From: Camelus ferus
Taxonomy: Eukaryota
Length of the DNA: 64,000 bases
Assembly (NCBI RefSeq): GCF_009834535.1
Contig: NC_045696.1
Coordinates: 21,640,001 to 21,704,000 of the forward strand
Direction of reading: 5' to 3'
Below the pieces are notes generated by a model, which did not search any database, had not been told where the DNA came from, and saw nothing but the letters and a program-made list of their open reading frames with translations. Both the position numbers and the translations under genes were made by a program. Below are positions 52,591 to 64,000 of the stretch, in pieces. Within the stretch, counting starts at the first letter, position 1. Every line of letters begins with the position of its first letter.

Positions 52591-55500
52591 GTAAGTTAAA
52601 ACAAATAACACTCCATTATCAAAATGAAAATGTGTGGAAAACTTTTTGGAATGACATGTTTTCCCTTTGATATTGAACTGAATGTGAACTTGTACTTTAA
52701 GTTACTGAAAGGAAAACAAAATTAGTCCTCATTACTCATTATAAAAATTAATATTTTAGTGCTTTATGATATCAATCTTCTTAGGAATAAAATAGTTACT
52801 CTTTCACATGATCCTCTTCTAACTGATGCTTTAAAAATCAGGTGGAATTCTACTATGCTTTGTTTCTGTTACTCCCCATTAAACAAAATTCAAACCCTAA
52901 AAAATGACGATTTTTCTTCAACATTGAATCTCTTTTTTTTTTTCTATTGTTCAGTATGCACTCTGCTTCTCAGTCTCTTGCAGGACTATTACTAACAGTG
53001 TGTAAAGCAATTAGACCAGGTTGTAGGCTCTGTAAATGGTAGGTGTGGATGGTATTGTTACTATGTAACCATTTGTCATTATGCACATAGACATCGATGG
53101 AAACTGAGAAGAGGCAGGGAATGCACTAATGATATGTGTGTGTCTACCCCACGTTATTCCATCTGGTCCCCAAATGCATAGACCTCTTCATAGTAGCCAG
53201 TAAAAGTAGGAGTTAAATTCCAGCAAGGAATAAAATAAAGATGAAGGCAAGAATGTAGAAATGGAGTCCCTGGAATAACTAGCTTTCCTCACACTTTTGG
53301 GGAATAGTCAAGTGCAGAGCTAAGATGAGGTTACAAGTGACACCTGTTATTAAAGTTTATGTAATAGTTGCATTTCTTTTAATAATTTTGGATTTTACAT
53401 TGCACTCATGAGTAATTAAAAGCTAGATTCTATTGAATAAAAGTTTTTGATTGACTTACTGGTTTGTGAACTAGCCAAGCATATGATAATAATATGTACT
53501 TTTTATTAGGTGCTTTTAAGGTGGGACTTATCATACTGAGGACTCTATGTGAATGTTCTTATTTAGTATTTTCAATAAATCTGCAAAGTATGCATTACAA
53601 GAGACAAAAATGAGGTCTAATGAAGTTAAATGACCACAAGTCGACAAAGTTAGTGTTGGAGATAGAAATCAGACTCAGACTCTGACTTCAAACACAATGT
53701 ATTTATTCACTGTGCTTTACAAGCCCCAAGCACAAATATAATCATGAGTAGACATAAAACAGATGAACTCATGGTAAGTCACATTTGGCTTAAATGAATG
53801 GACCAGCCATTTCATAATCTATTTATTTCTGTAGTTGATAAATCTAGTTCCTTAAAATTAATGTCAACATAAATATTTACATATCTGGACAAATAAGCCA
53901 GTTCATATAAATTTCTCCAAGGGCTAAGGTGATATTAATAATAAGTTTTAGCATACTTTGATCACTTTCAATATGGAAAGTTGTGTTCTCAACACTTCAA
54001 CTCAAAAAATGCTCCCCCTAACCATATTATGTAGGTGATATTACAGTCTTTACAAATGATAAAAACTAACTTCATAGAGGTTAGTTGCCCAAAAGTGATA
54101 GGTGTAAATTTCCCTCAGGTTCCCTTCTCTTCAAATATCATTTGCCTGAATGCTAATTTTACCTATCTTCATATGCTTAGACTGTCAGTAATACATAACT
54201 AAATCTTAAAATCATAAGGTGTAGCGATGTGAATAATGCACAAATAATTATTGTGAAAATGCAAAAAAGAAACTGAATATCAAAACAGAAAAAAAATCTA
54301 AGAAAATCTAAAAATCTAAGAAATTTAAATTATAACAACTTTTTAAAAAATGTAAATATATTTTAAAGTTTTTTAATTGTTTTCATTTAACTTGGAAAAA
54401 TATGAGAAATGACATTGCCTGTTAAAATTACATTTTTTAAATTCAAAAATAATACTTTTTTTAAAGACAAGAAGGTAAAAATTCCTTACCTCCAACATCT
54501 AGCATGTGCCTGATATATTGTAAAACCCAGTATCTGCTGATTTAAATTTAAACCAACAGTTTATATATCATGGTATTACAGTATGTAATCAATGGATAGC
54601 AATAGCATTTCTTACAATTCTAAAATTATTTAATTTTGTAATAATGCTGATAATGAAATAATACTTTCATTCTTGATTCACAATCCCATCTTTTTTTCTA
54701 AATATTTTAGCAATTTCTTTTTGTGAGAGATGTATACAAATTTACTTTCATTAAATTACAATTCAGAATGTGGATCTCAAATAATGTAATTATCTTTATC
54801 GCATGGGAAATGTCTACATAGTTTAATTAAATCAAGGAAAACAATATTCTCTAAAGAAATTATAAGAAAATAAAAGTATTCAGTACCATAAACAGTTCTT
54901 ATATACTTGATTAAGGCATAAGTCAGTATAAACAAATTCTAAAGGCATTTTTCAGTCGTTTTTACATACAGTCATGATGTAAAAAGTTTATCTGGTAAAA
55001 AGTTTCAGAGGAAGGTGGGCATTTCATAAAGACAGATTGTATAGAGTAAATAGGGTCTTCTCCAAGTAAGTGTGCAAACTGGGGTAAATCAGAATAGATT
55101 AATAGGATAATTAGTTCACAAATGTTTTCTTTAAGTTGTGTTGATGAAGGTACAATATTCAATTCATTGGTGGTAATAATTATCTGTACTGGGTATGGAA
55201 GTGGTAGAAGATGGTAAATGTGCTCCTTTAACTCCTTGTTCAGAAAAATGCATAGATATTTTTGCACATCCTCAAAGAAAGACAGCCTGTGTCAGCACAC
55301 TGAAACTGATTTCAAATTGCCAAGCCGAGAAAATGCACTTGTGTGTGTGTAGTTACGCCATTCTTTCCTTCCTAAGTGCTTAGCTGTTATTCCATTCCCA
55401 AAGGACTGTTAACAACATATCCATATTATTGGAGCTTAACAGTTTAAGACCATGTTTTTAAAACCAAAAGTGTGCATAGATATAGCCGAAGATACATAAT

Positions 55501-56574
55501 AAACATACTGAATCTTTCTGAATTGTCAATTTATCCTACAGCAAAAATAATCATATTGTAGACACAGAACTAAATAGTAGATGCAAACATTTTTCACAGC
55601 ATTTTCGTTAAAATTTGTGCTTTTATTAGAAGACTTTCACGTATGGTTAGAAGTACGCTTTCACTTCTGTTCATAGGGGTTATGTTATACGGAAAAGTTT
55701 GACTAGAACTGGCTTAATGTGTTGGACTTCCAGGAGGCTCTTGACTATTCCCCAGACATAGTGCCTGGGAAAATTAAGAATTACTTCCTCAGTACTCCCA
55801 TGGCATTTCTCCCACATCTATCAATTCCAAAGTAATTTGTTAATATAATTCACTAATCTGAACTTTCTAGGAGGCTAATGGGGAACTTGGTTACTTCTTC
55901 TCCAGGTCATCAGCACTTAGACCATACCAGATCCACAGTGAGCACTCAAAGATATGTGTTGAATATGTTAGAAATCTCTTATAATTCACAAAGAAGCTAA
56001 TCCAATGGCAGAATTTCTTCTCCTATAAATTAGATAAAATAAACAGTTTCGAGCTAGATCTGCTGAATTATACTCTGTGGAAAGTCTGTCATCCCTGACC
56101 ATTGCCCTCATTCCAAATTCCCCTGTGTCTTAATTATACTTCCCAGCTTTCCTCTTTGGCAAAACCTATTCACTGGAGCCCTTATTGTTAGAAGATAAAT
56201 GAGTAAACTCACACTTAAATGTGGCTGTTTGGCAAGTTTAATATCGATAGAAGTATTGTTTATTTTAGTAATAGACACCGGATTCTCTTAAAGAATTACT
56301 GCCTGAAAGTTTATTGGGTCAGCTAGAGAAAAATCCAGCCTTTAGAAATGATTAGGAAATTGGTTTTTCTTTTAACTCCAGTCCCAGCTCTTTGATGACT
56401 CTTTTATGTAGGCGAACTCTATTGCTCTATTTACTCACATCTTAATTCATGCACCCAAATATTGATGACAAATTGCCCATGCTCTGACACAATGGCAGAG
56501 GCACAGAAGGTGTTAAGTATAATCTCTGCATCTTCAGGGTTTACAATCCAGTGGGGGAGATAGAGGGATAATGG

Positions 56575-56780
56575 CTAGCATTCACTGAGCATTTACTATA
56601 AACCAGGTAGTCTATCATATGGAAATTACTTATTTACTCCTCACCACAAATCTTTATAGAAGGTGTTATTATATCAAAGCAGAGAAAACTGAGGCACAGA
56701 GAAGTCTAATAAGACATGGAATCAGAAATAAATCTCAACATTGCCTCTGGAGTTCTGTTTTTAACCACTGTCTTGTACTA
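56575..56780 (-). mobile_element. MIR SINE
   Basis: CATTCACTGAGCATTTACTA...AGAGAAAACTGAGGCACAGAGAAGT...TTTTTAACCACTG. Confidence 0.7.
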
Positions 56781-57559
56781 CTTTCCTGAATGCATAAGAT
56801 ATGTTCCTTCCACTGGATCTGTGGTCTGGGACTCTTTCTAGTCACAACTTTAAGGATCTGATGAAAATTTTATGAAGTCTCTACAGATGCAAATATTCTA
56901 CACCATTTCCAGAAGTTTGTGTGTATCTTTGAAGCATATTAAAGGATCTCAGGACATAAACCCCAGACTATCTAGACTAGTGCAATAACATTAGACAACG
57001 TGGGAATCCAACAGATTACAACCACGAAGAGTGCTATTGAACCAGTAGCCATTTCTCCCCACCCGTCCCCTCAAATTCCATTGCTTTAAAAAAGAAAGCA
57101 AGAAAGAGAGGCAGATAGGTTTGAAGCAAATTTTCTAGAATATTCACATCCTTTAAGCAACTAGACATTTATGGACTACAAAGATTTTCAATATGAGAAT
57201 CATTTGGATGACACAGTTATACAGGAGAGTGGAAGGAATATGAATAACCAATGTAGTTCTTCATGAGAAAATACTGAAAGACTGACATACAGCATTACTG
57301 GGGAAAAGATGCGAATCAATGCTTGCTCACGATTTTCTTTCCATTCGATTTTATTGAAATTATCGTGCATGTATCACATTTTCTCACTAATTTCTATATG
57401 ATGAGCACAGAATTTTTCAGTAGTTTATGACAGTATCTTTCTTTGGAGCTCAGTAAGTAACACTGGTGCTTTGTCTTCAATTTGCAAGCATGATACTTTT
57501 CATAAACTTGAATTTGATGCCCAGTTCAAACCATCAAACTAAAATGCTAAACCATTGTT

Positions 57560-57783
57560 TCTTATCTTTTTTTATTACCATTCCCACTAAGGAATTTTTA
57601 GATCTTTTTTTCCCTAATTGCTCCCCCATTAAATTTTAATTTTTCAGATATTCTGTATACCTGCTTATGTCTTGTATGAATAACTGAGCTTTATACGTTT
57701 AAAAATTAAGATTCTTTTGCCCTTGAGAACAAATTTTTACCCCGTAGGAGGAAATATCACCCACTTTGAGAATGTATGTGCTA
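57560..57783 (-). mobile_element. hAT-Charlie-type MER element
   Basis: AAGATTCTTTTGCCCTTGAGAACAAATTTTTACCCC...ATATCACCCACTTTGAGAATGTATG resembles a Charlie-family terminus. Confidence 0.5.
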
Positions 57784-58345
57784 AATAATTATTTTTATAA
57801 AAGCAAATTTTATATAGCAATGCTTTTATAAATCATCATATGAGTACTCCTTATATCCCAAGCACTATACTAACATTTGAGAATCAAAAATCTAAAAAGA
57901 TATTACCTTTTGTAGCTAGAATCAAGATGGAAAAGTGATGAAATCAATATTAAATTCTGTACCATCTTTAAGTTGCCTGGTACTTTTCTGAGGTCCTACA
58001 GTCATAGAAAGCCAAAGGAATACTCTTATTTCTATTATTGTGATTGAATTTAGCCCCTGTTAGTGTGGCATGGGAAATACCTGACAGAATCAAACTCACT
58101 TTTTGTTTTATAGCTGTTTAACTTGTGTGTTTCTTATAGGAACTTTTTCAAAAAGAAATGCATCTTTTTTTAAATATGTTTAAAGTATATGTAACCAATA
58201 ATTAGAAATAAAAATATAGTTTTTAAACCACAAATATATGTAATAATTTGAAACATTATTATCATAGGAGAAGAGATGTTTTAGTTAAATAAATTAATCA
58301 TAAGACATTCTTTCAGTTAACCAAATAGGATCAGGTAAAAAATTT

Positions 58346-58415
58346 GATAGATCGATAGATGGATGGATGGATGGATGGATGGATGGACAGATCAACAGAT
58401 AGATAAACAGATAAA
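58346..58415. repeat. (GGAT)n/(GATA)n compound microsatellite
   Basis: Directly visible just upstream of the exon 10 acceptor. Confidence 0.9.
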
Positions 58416-58443
58416 TATAACAGTCATTTACTTTCTTTTGTAG

Positions 58444-58584
58444 CTTCTCTCTGGGAAAAGAGCCCTGGCACAATTAGGATTTTTTCCAACCAAGTTACTG
58501 CCACCTTTCTTATAGAATCTGATGAAAATGATTATATTGGTTTTAATGCAACATATACTGCATTTAACAGCACAGAGCTTAATA
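58444..58584 (+). CDS. TMPRSS15: Enteropeptidase exon 10 (CUB-1, part 3)
   Basis: TTTTGTAG| acceptor, A|GTAAGT donor; (A)SLWEKSPGTIRIFSNQVTATFLIESDENDYIGFNATYTAFNSTELN; 141 nt. Confidence 0.97.
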
Positions 58585-59264
58585 GTAAGTACTGTTTATT
58601 CCTCAGCCTTTGAATCTTCAGTTGCTTTAAAACTGTAATGGAATTTTTTAAGTAGCAGAACCTAAAATTCCAGAACAAGATCATTATATGTTTCATTATG
58701 CAAGTTCTTTAATGAGTATCTCTTAAGTATACCTCTACCTGATACTTGGAAGGAAATGAATTAGAAAATAGTTAACATTTTTCAAAACAATCAAATAACC
58801 AATTTGAGAAAAATTATGAATTAACAGGAAAATTGAACTAAACTTTTATATACAAGTATTCAAAGTAAAAAAAATTAGCATAAAACTAACTCTGATAATA
58901 TTCCACATCAACTTAATTTTAACCAGAATATTACATTTAGTAAATAAAAAGGGAGAGACAAAAATTGAGGACAAAGTTTATGTGGGTAAATCAACAGAGG
59001 TGAGATTTAAAAATCAAAGAGTAAGAACAAGATGCTTTTGCTAAAGCCCTAGTGGGGCATAAGAAACATATTAACACAGTTGGCAACAAAAAGCTGGGTT
59101 TTTTTTTTAACTAAATGGAGTTAAACAGTCAAATAAAGTTTAAAAAATAATTTTATGCATGCCACTTAATTATAAACTGTGAGTTTATATTATGTTCATC
59201 TCGATCTATTATAATTAGTCATATTGTAGACTAAATCTGAAGTTTTTTTTTTTTTATTTCACAG

Positions 59265-59414
59265 ATTATGAGAAAATCAACTGTAATTTTGAGGATGGCT
59301 TTTGTTTCTGGGTCCAGGATCTAAATGATGATAATGAGTGGGAAAGGGTTCAGGGAAACACTTTTCCTCCCTTGACTGGACCAAATTTTGACCACACTTT
59401 TGGCAACGATTCAG
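59265..59414 (+). CDS. TMPRSS15: Enteropeptidase exon 11 (MAM domain start); gene continues beyond the window
   Basis: T-rich tract then CACAG| acceptor, G|GTATAA donor; (N)YEKINCNFEDGFCFWVQDLNDDNEWERVQGNTFPPLTGPNFDHTFGNDS with MAM signature CNFE..FC.W and P..DHT; 150 nt. Confidence 0.97.
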
Positions 59415-59754
59415 GTATAATTCGTGTTTAATTCATAAACCAAAAGAAAAGTCGCATGTGTCATTCTTCGGTTCAAAGTGAGCAGTATTAAATGCAAGAC
59501 AGTCTCTTCAGATATTCTTTTTTTTTTTTAAACATGAACTAGTAAATGAATTTAAGTGAAAAATAGTAATCAAATAGGCAAGTAAAAATATTTCAAGAAA
59601 TATATTCTTTTATATATTCATGAAATACTGAAAAGTACACAGAGGGTATTAGAGATAAAGAGACAGTTTGTCACCCTAGACTTGCCACTTATTATTAACT
59701 AAGTGGACTTGTGGGAGATAATTAACTTTTCTGAATTTCGGTCTGTTTTGTCTT

Positions 59755-59945
59755 AATTTCACTTGCTGATTGTTTTTAGCTAGTGTATAGAAATACAATT
59801 GATTTTGCATATTGATCTTGTACTCTGCAGCCTTGCTGAAATTGTATATTAACTCTATTAGTTTTCTAAGAATTCTTTAGAATTTTTAATATACAAGATC
59901 ATGTCCTCTTGAAATACAGATATAGAGGCAGGTTTACTTCTTCTG
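59755..59945 (-). mobile_element. L1 ORF2 fragment
   Basis: GCTAGTGTATAGAAATACAATTGATTTTG...ATCTTGTA..CTGCAGCCTTGCTGAA reverse L1 RT-region motif. Confidence 0.7.
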
Positions 59946-59953
59946 ACAAGCTT

Positions 59954-60288
59954 TTTTAGTCCGTCAGGGCAGCTATAACAGCTTACCACAGACTGGTTGT
60001 CTTAAATAATCAATATTAATTTGTCGCAGCTCTGGAGGCTGGAAGTCTGAGGTATGAGATGGTTCTGAGAGCCCCTTCTTGTCTTCTAACTGTATTCTCA
60101 CATAGTGGAGGGAGACAGAGAACATGAGAACATCCTGTCTCTTCTTAAAAGATCACTAATCCCATTGTGAGGGCTCCACATTCATGACCTAATTATCTCC
60201 CAAAGACCCCACTTCCAATATCATCACATTGGGAATTAGGGTTTCAATATATGAATGTTGAGGGGGACACAACCATTCAGTCCACAGG
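59954..60288 (-). mobile_element. MLT1A-like MaLR solo LTR
   Basis: TTAGTCCG..GCTATAACA..TACCACAGACTGG...CTGGAGGCTGGAAGTC...CACTAATCCCATT...GGGGGACACAACCATTCAGTCCA. Confidence 0.85.
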
Positions 60289-61459
60289 AGAAAAGCTATG
60301 GAAGAGCTGATTCTACAGCATGATCCTAAGGGAAGGGTTGTGTTTTGTACATATATTTTGCACGTGAATGGGATATTAGAATTGAATTTCAGGTGGAAAC
60401 ATTAACATTGAAACAATAATATTTGACTGAGAAGACCAGAAATCACAGCGAATTATCAAGAGGTAAGCAACTCATAGTGAGAAAACCACCCATGTAAACC
60501 GTGGAAGCCTGTATTCATAACACCAAATATGATCAAAGTACAAATCTGGAAGTAATATGGATCATACAAAGTAAGGAAAATTACAAAAAGGACAGAATAG
60601 AAATTTATGCATTTAGATAATTACCTTGGACAAAATCTATCCTATAATATTTCTTGTTACTGATGAGAATTAAATTCAATTCAAAAAATGCATATCAAAA
60701 TCTGTCTCTAACCTTGTCTTTGAAGACACAGGTCACATATCACCATTTCTACAAAGTCTTTCTGGACCCTCCTAGTTGAAATCTTCCTTTCTGTTAAACA
60801 TTAAAACACCTTTTTTCTTGTTTGTTTTTCCCATCACGTGGTGTTATATTTGCTTACTTACTTTTTTCTTTCCACCACAGTGTTCTCTTCAGGAACCAGA
60901 ACCTTATCTTTTTACGTCTTTGAATTGCCAGTGCATTTGAGTGCCTGAATCTCACTAATGTGGGAAGTTATTTTCAAATACATGAATGAATGTCTACAGC
61001 TTTCACTCAATAAGTAATTTCTGAGTGAGTGAGTTATTAACTAAATTAAATAGCTTATAATATAAAAACAGCCTGAGCACATGTGCATCGTGATTTGTTA
61101 TTAATGGCCATTTATATTATAAAAATCAATATTCTTATTTTTATAATCTGAAAGTAAATAGCTGATTTAATGTCAATTGTGAATGACATCTAGTAAAAAT
61201 ATATTAAAAAGTTATTTTTTTTCATGGTAGAAATGTATCTGACTAATCCTGGTTCCTTTAACAATACATTACCAGAATAACAAAATATGGTTCACCATAC
61301 TACTTCACCTTGAAGGTATTTCTTAATAAAAAGTGACTACTTTTAATCTATTTCCCTAAGAAATCACTGAAAGCCCCATCCAATGTATTCTTTCACTCCT
61401 CCCTTTAAGAAGTAATTTTTGACTCCCAGGCCCTATTCAAGGAACTCAGAATGTATCTG

Positions 61460-62110
61460 TGAATAAAATAAGCCAGATTTTCTGTTCTCATGGAACGCAT
61501 ATTGGCAAAGAAAAACAGAAATAAGCAATCCACCTGACAAGTAATTACATTTGGGGGTCCATTAAATGTGAATGAGTACTCTGGGAAAACACAGAGCTAA
61601 GTAAGGCCAATGGGGAGGCCAGGTGTTGAGGTGTTACAAATGTAAAAAAAAAGTGATCAGGTCAGGTCTTATTGAAAAAGTGACATTTGAATCAAACCTT
61701 TAAGGAAGTGAAGGAATTCACCATATAGATTACTCCAGACAGAAGAAACAGAGCAAAGGCTCTAAAGGGACAGCTTGTGCCCGACAGCTTGAAGAAAAGC
61801 CAGGAGGCCAGCGTGGCTGGAATAGAATGAATAAGGCCAGTAGGGTCCGGATTACATGGGTCTTCTATGGCTTTGGCTTCTTCTCTCAGTGAAATGAAGA
61901 GCTATGGAAGTTGCTTAAGTGTAGGAGTGATGGGATTCGTACTGGCCGGTACAATAGTTTATGGTGGAACAAGACTGTTGTCAGGGAGACCAGGGAAAGG
62001 CCATCACTTAATCCAGAGAAGAAACCATGGGACTCTGAGAACAATGCGAACAGATATGGTAAGAACTCAGATTCTGGATATAACCTAAAAGTGACGTTAA
62101 CAGGATCCTG
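61460..62110 (-). mobile_element. L2 LINE fragment
   Basis: TGTTCTCATGGAAC...GTGACATTTGAATCAAACCTT...CAAAGGCTCT...GAGGCCAGCGTGGCTGGAATAGAATGA...CAGATTCTGGATATA. Confidence 0.7.
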
Positions 62111-62984
62111 CTAAATTAGTCACCAGTGTGGACCTGCGGACCAAAAATGTGCTCTGCGTAGATGGCCGATCCCATCTGACCTACATGTTTAGTACTGGAA
62201 ATTATGACCTGCATAGTCTCATACATAATTAATCTTCTCTGAACAAATTATTTCCAAGAGCCTGATCCTCTATGGATAAATTTGTCATCTGCACAGCTGA
62301 AGTAACCCCTAAGTGATAATCACCCCAACCCTCTAAAGAATCCTGACCTAAAACAGTCAAATAATTTGACCAATTTTTTCCATAACTGCAATAAAAAAAG
62401 GGAAAAATGTCTCTACCACACTTGGACAAGAGTAGTTAGAGGAAAGTGGAGAAAGCATTTATATCTATTGACTATGACAGATAGCTTTTATGGAGTCGAA
62501 GTCTTTGATGTTCAAATCATCATTTTCTACTTTTATGTCATCATAATAAGAGATAAAATAATTCCACTGATAGTTGAAGAATATAAGTACATTACAGGAG
62601 AAAAATGGTTTCAGCTTGCCAACAGATTAAGTAACTAAAGAAATAAGATGAAACTGACCAAAGGGAAACAGGTTGAATGTCAGGTGGAGGTTTTTAAATA
62701 GTTGGGTTGGAAATGGAGTCTCAGGATAAAGTCTTGTAGCAGGAGTTATTTAAAATGAGACGAGTCAGAGCAGTTCAGAGCCCACCAGAGGCAGCAGCGT
62801 AATGAGAACGGAGGAGAGGCCTTAATAATTCCTTCCTAACTCTCATACCGGTGATTTCATAATCTACCAGTCATTCCCCCTCAAGGGGCATTTCTCTTTC
62901 AGCCTGCTTTTTTATGTGTCAGAACATCCTGCCACTGAAATGGAAGAGAATTAAATTTCTCCCGCTGTTCCTCTTATCCATGCA

Positions 62985-62988
<4 letters not shown>

Positions 62989-63015
<27 letters not shown>

Positions 63016-63042
63016 ATTTTGTTTTGTTTTGTTTTGTTTTGT
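62989..63042. repeat. (TTTTG)n pentanucleotide microsatellite
   Basis: About 10 units directly visible. Confidence 0.95.
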
Positions 63043-63479
63043 TCTTTGCCTTCACTTTAAATGACAGGAAAGTCTAAATGAAACAGATAAACTTTGAATT
63101 AACATTGCTTTAGGGAGGAACATCTAAGCCCTTTAACTTTCTGAGTCCTTCTAAAGAACTTTGTCCTGGTGGAGCACCAGCTCCTAAATCTCTATACAGT
63201 CAGTGCTGATTCTCCACACCACTTAGAAACAAAGGGAATTGAGACCATGCCACTGATACAGGTCTGCATCTTGGGATGCTCAGAAGTGGCCCCTTTGTTC
63301 AGAACATTCAGGGGATATGAGGTTAGTAACATGTGAAAACTTCAGAAACATAGGGGTCACAAAAGAGCTAGACAGCTCACAAGAAAGCATTTTTTGTTGG
63401 CCTTTCTCAAGGAAATCATGGTCATTTCTAGTACTTGGGGATTAGTGTTGTGTTGTAATAAGGATCATCAAAATCTGAA

Positions 63480-63660
63480 ATCTTAGCTAGGTGTAAATTT
63501 GAGCTCTGCCATTTAGATGCCATTCCCTCATCTGGAAAGTGGGCTGATGATAATAGAACCTGAATTTAGAGGCATATTATGAACATTACATTATTATGTT
63601 ATAAAAAAATGTAGAAAAATACCTAGTACATGAAAAATGCTATACAAATATTACATATAA
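63480..63660 (+). mobile_element. MIR SINE
   Basis: GCTCTGCCATTTA...TTCCCTCATCTGGAAAGTGGG..GATAATAGAACC...ATGTAGAAAA..CCTAGTACA. Confidence 0.6.
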
Positions 63661-64000
63661 TAACTATTTTCTTTTCATGCCACAGATGTATTTAACAGAC
63701 ACAAACTGGCTGTGGTACTGTTCTAATTAGGAAGCTTGAAAAGAAAATACTTATACTGCTCAATTTTCAAAAGTACAGTAAATCTTTTAGATATCTGTAT
63801 TTTATATTTAGCATGTAAACTTATTCTAAAACAAGTGTAACTTTAGCATTCCCAAAAATATTGTCCTTATTTCCTTATCTTTCCTGTGATGTAGAATTTT
63901 GGAAAATAACATTACTCTTCAATATTGACCGAATCTTACTGAATTTGCACTATTCTCCAATCAAAAACTTTCAATGTTTATCTACTAGATTCAGTTAATG

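Noticed and set aside
21513..59414. TMPRSS15 as a pseudogene or truncated gene
   Set aside because: All 11 exons have canonical splice sites and compatible phases with no stops; the missing domains lie beyond the window end.
608..62638. Short ORFs of the six-frame track as independent genes
   Set aside because: They are 60-151 aa, low-complexity or repeat-derived, with no recognisable domains. Only 24708, 30861 and 47022 carry real exon sequence in frame, and 51220 is L1 ORF2 debris.

Overview
AT-rich mammalian genomic DNA (not prokaryotic) containing about 21 kb of upstream sequence and the first 11 coding exons of TMPRSS15 (enteropeptidase) on the + strand. The ATG is at 21513 and the last visible exon ends at 59414. 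The exons splice in frame through GT-AG introns (1216 nt, 405 codons, no stops) and encode the cytoplasmic tail, signal-anchor, SEA, Ser/Thr-rich linker, LDLa-1, CUB-1 and the start of the MAM domain; the protease domain lies beyond the window. A camelid-type tRNA-derived SINE and artiodactyl-type L1 3' ends suggest a camelid genome. The rest is ordinary interspersed repeats (MIR, L2, L1, MaLR, ERV LTRs, Tigger and Charlie MITEs) and microsatellites. Repeat families were recognised from memory, not by database search. I found no convincing novel biological system. The most unusual items are a foldback/Mutator-like palindromic element with a 9-bp TSD (35526-35800), a 45-nt symmetric mini-exon that I recall is absent from the human protein, an ERVK-like solo LTR 4.6 kb upstream of the ATG, an internally collapsed L1, and an intestinal transcription-factor motif cluster.
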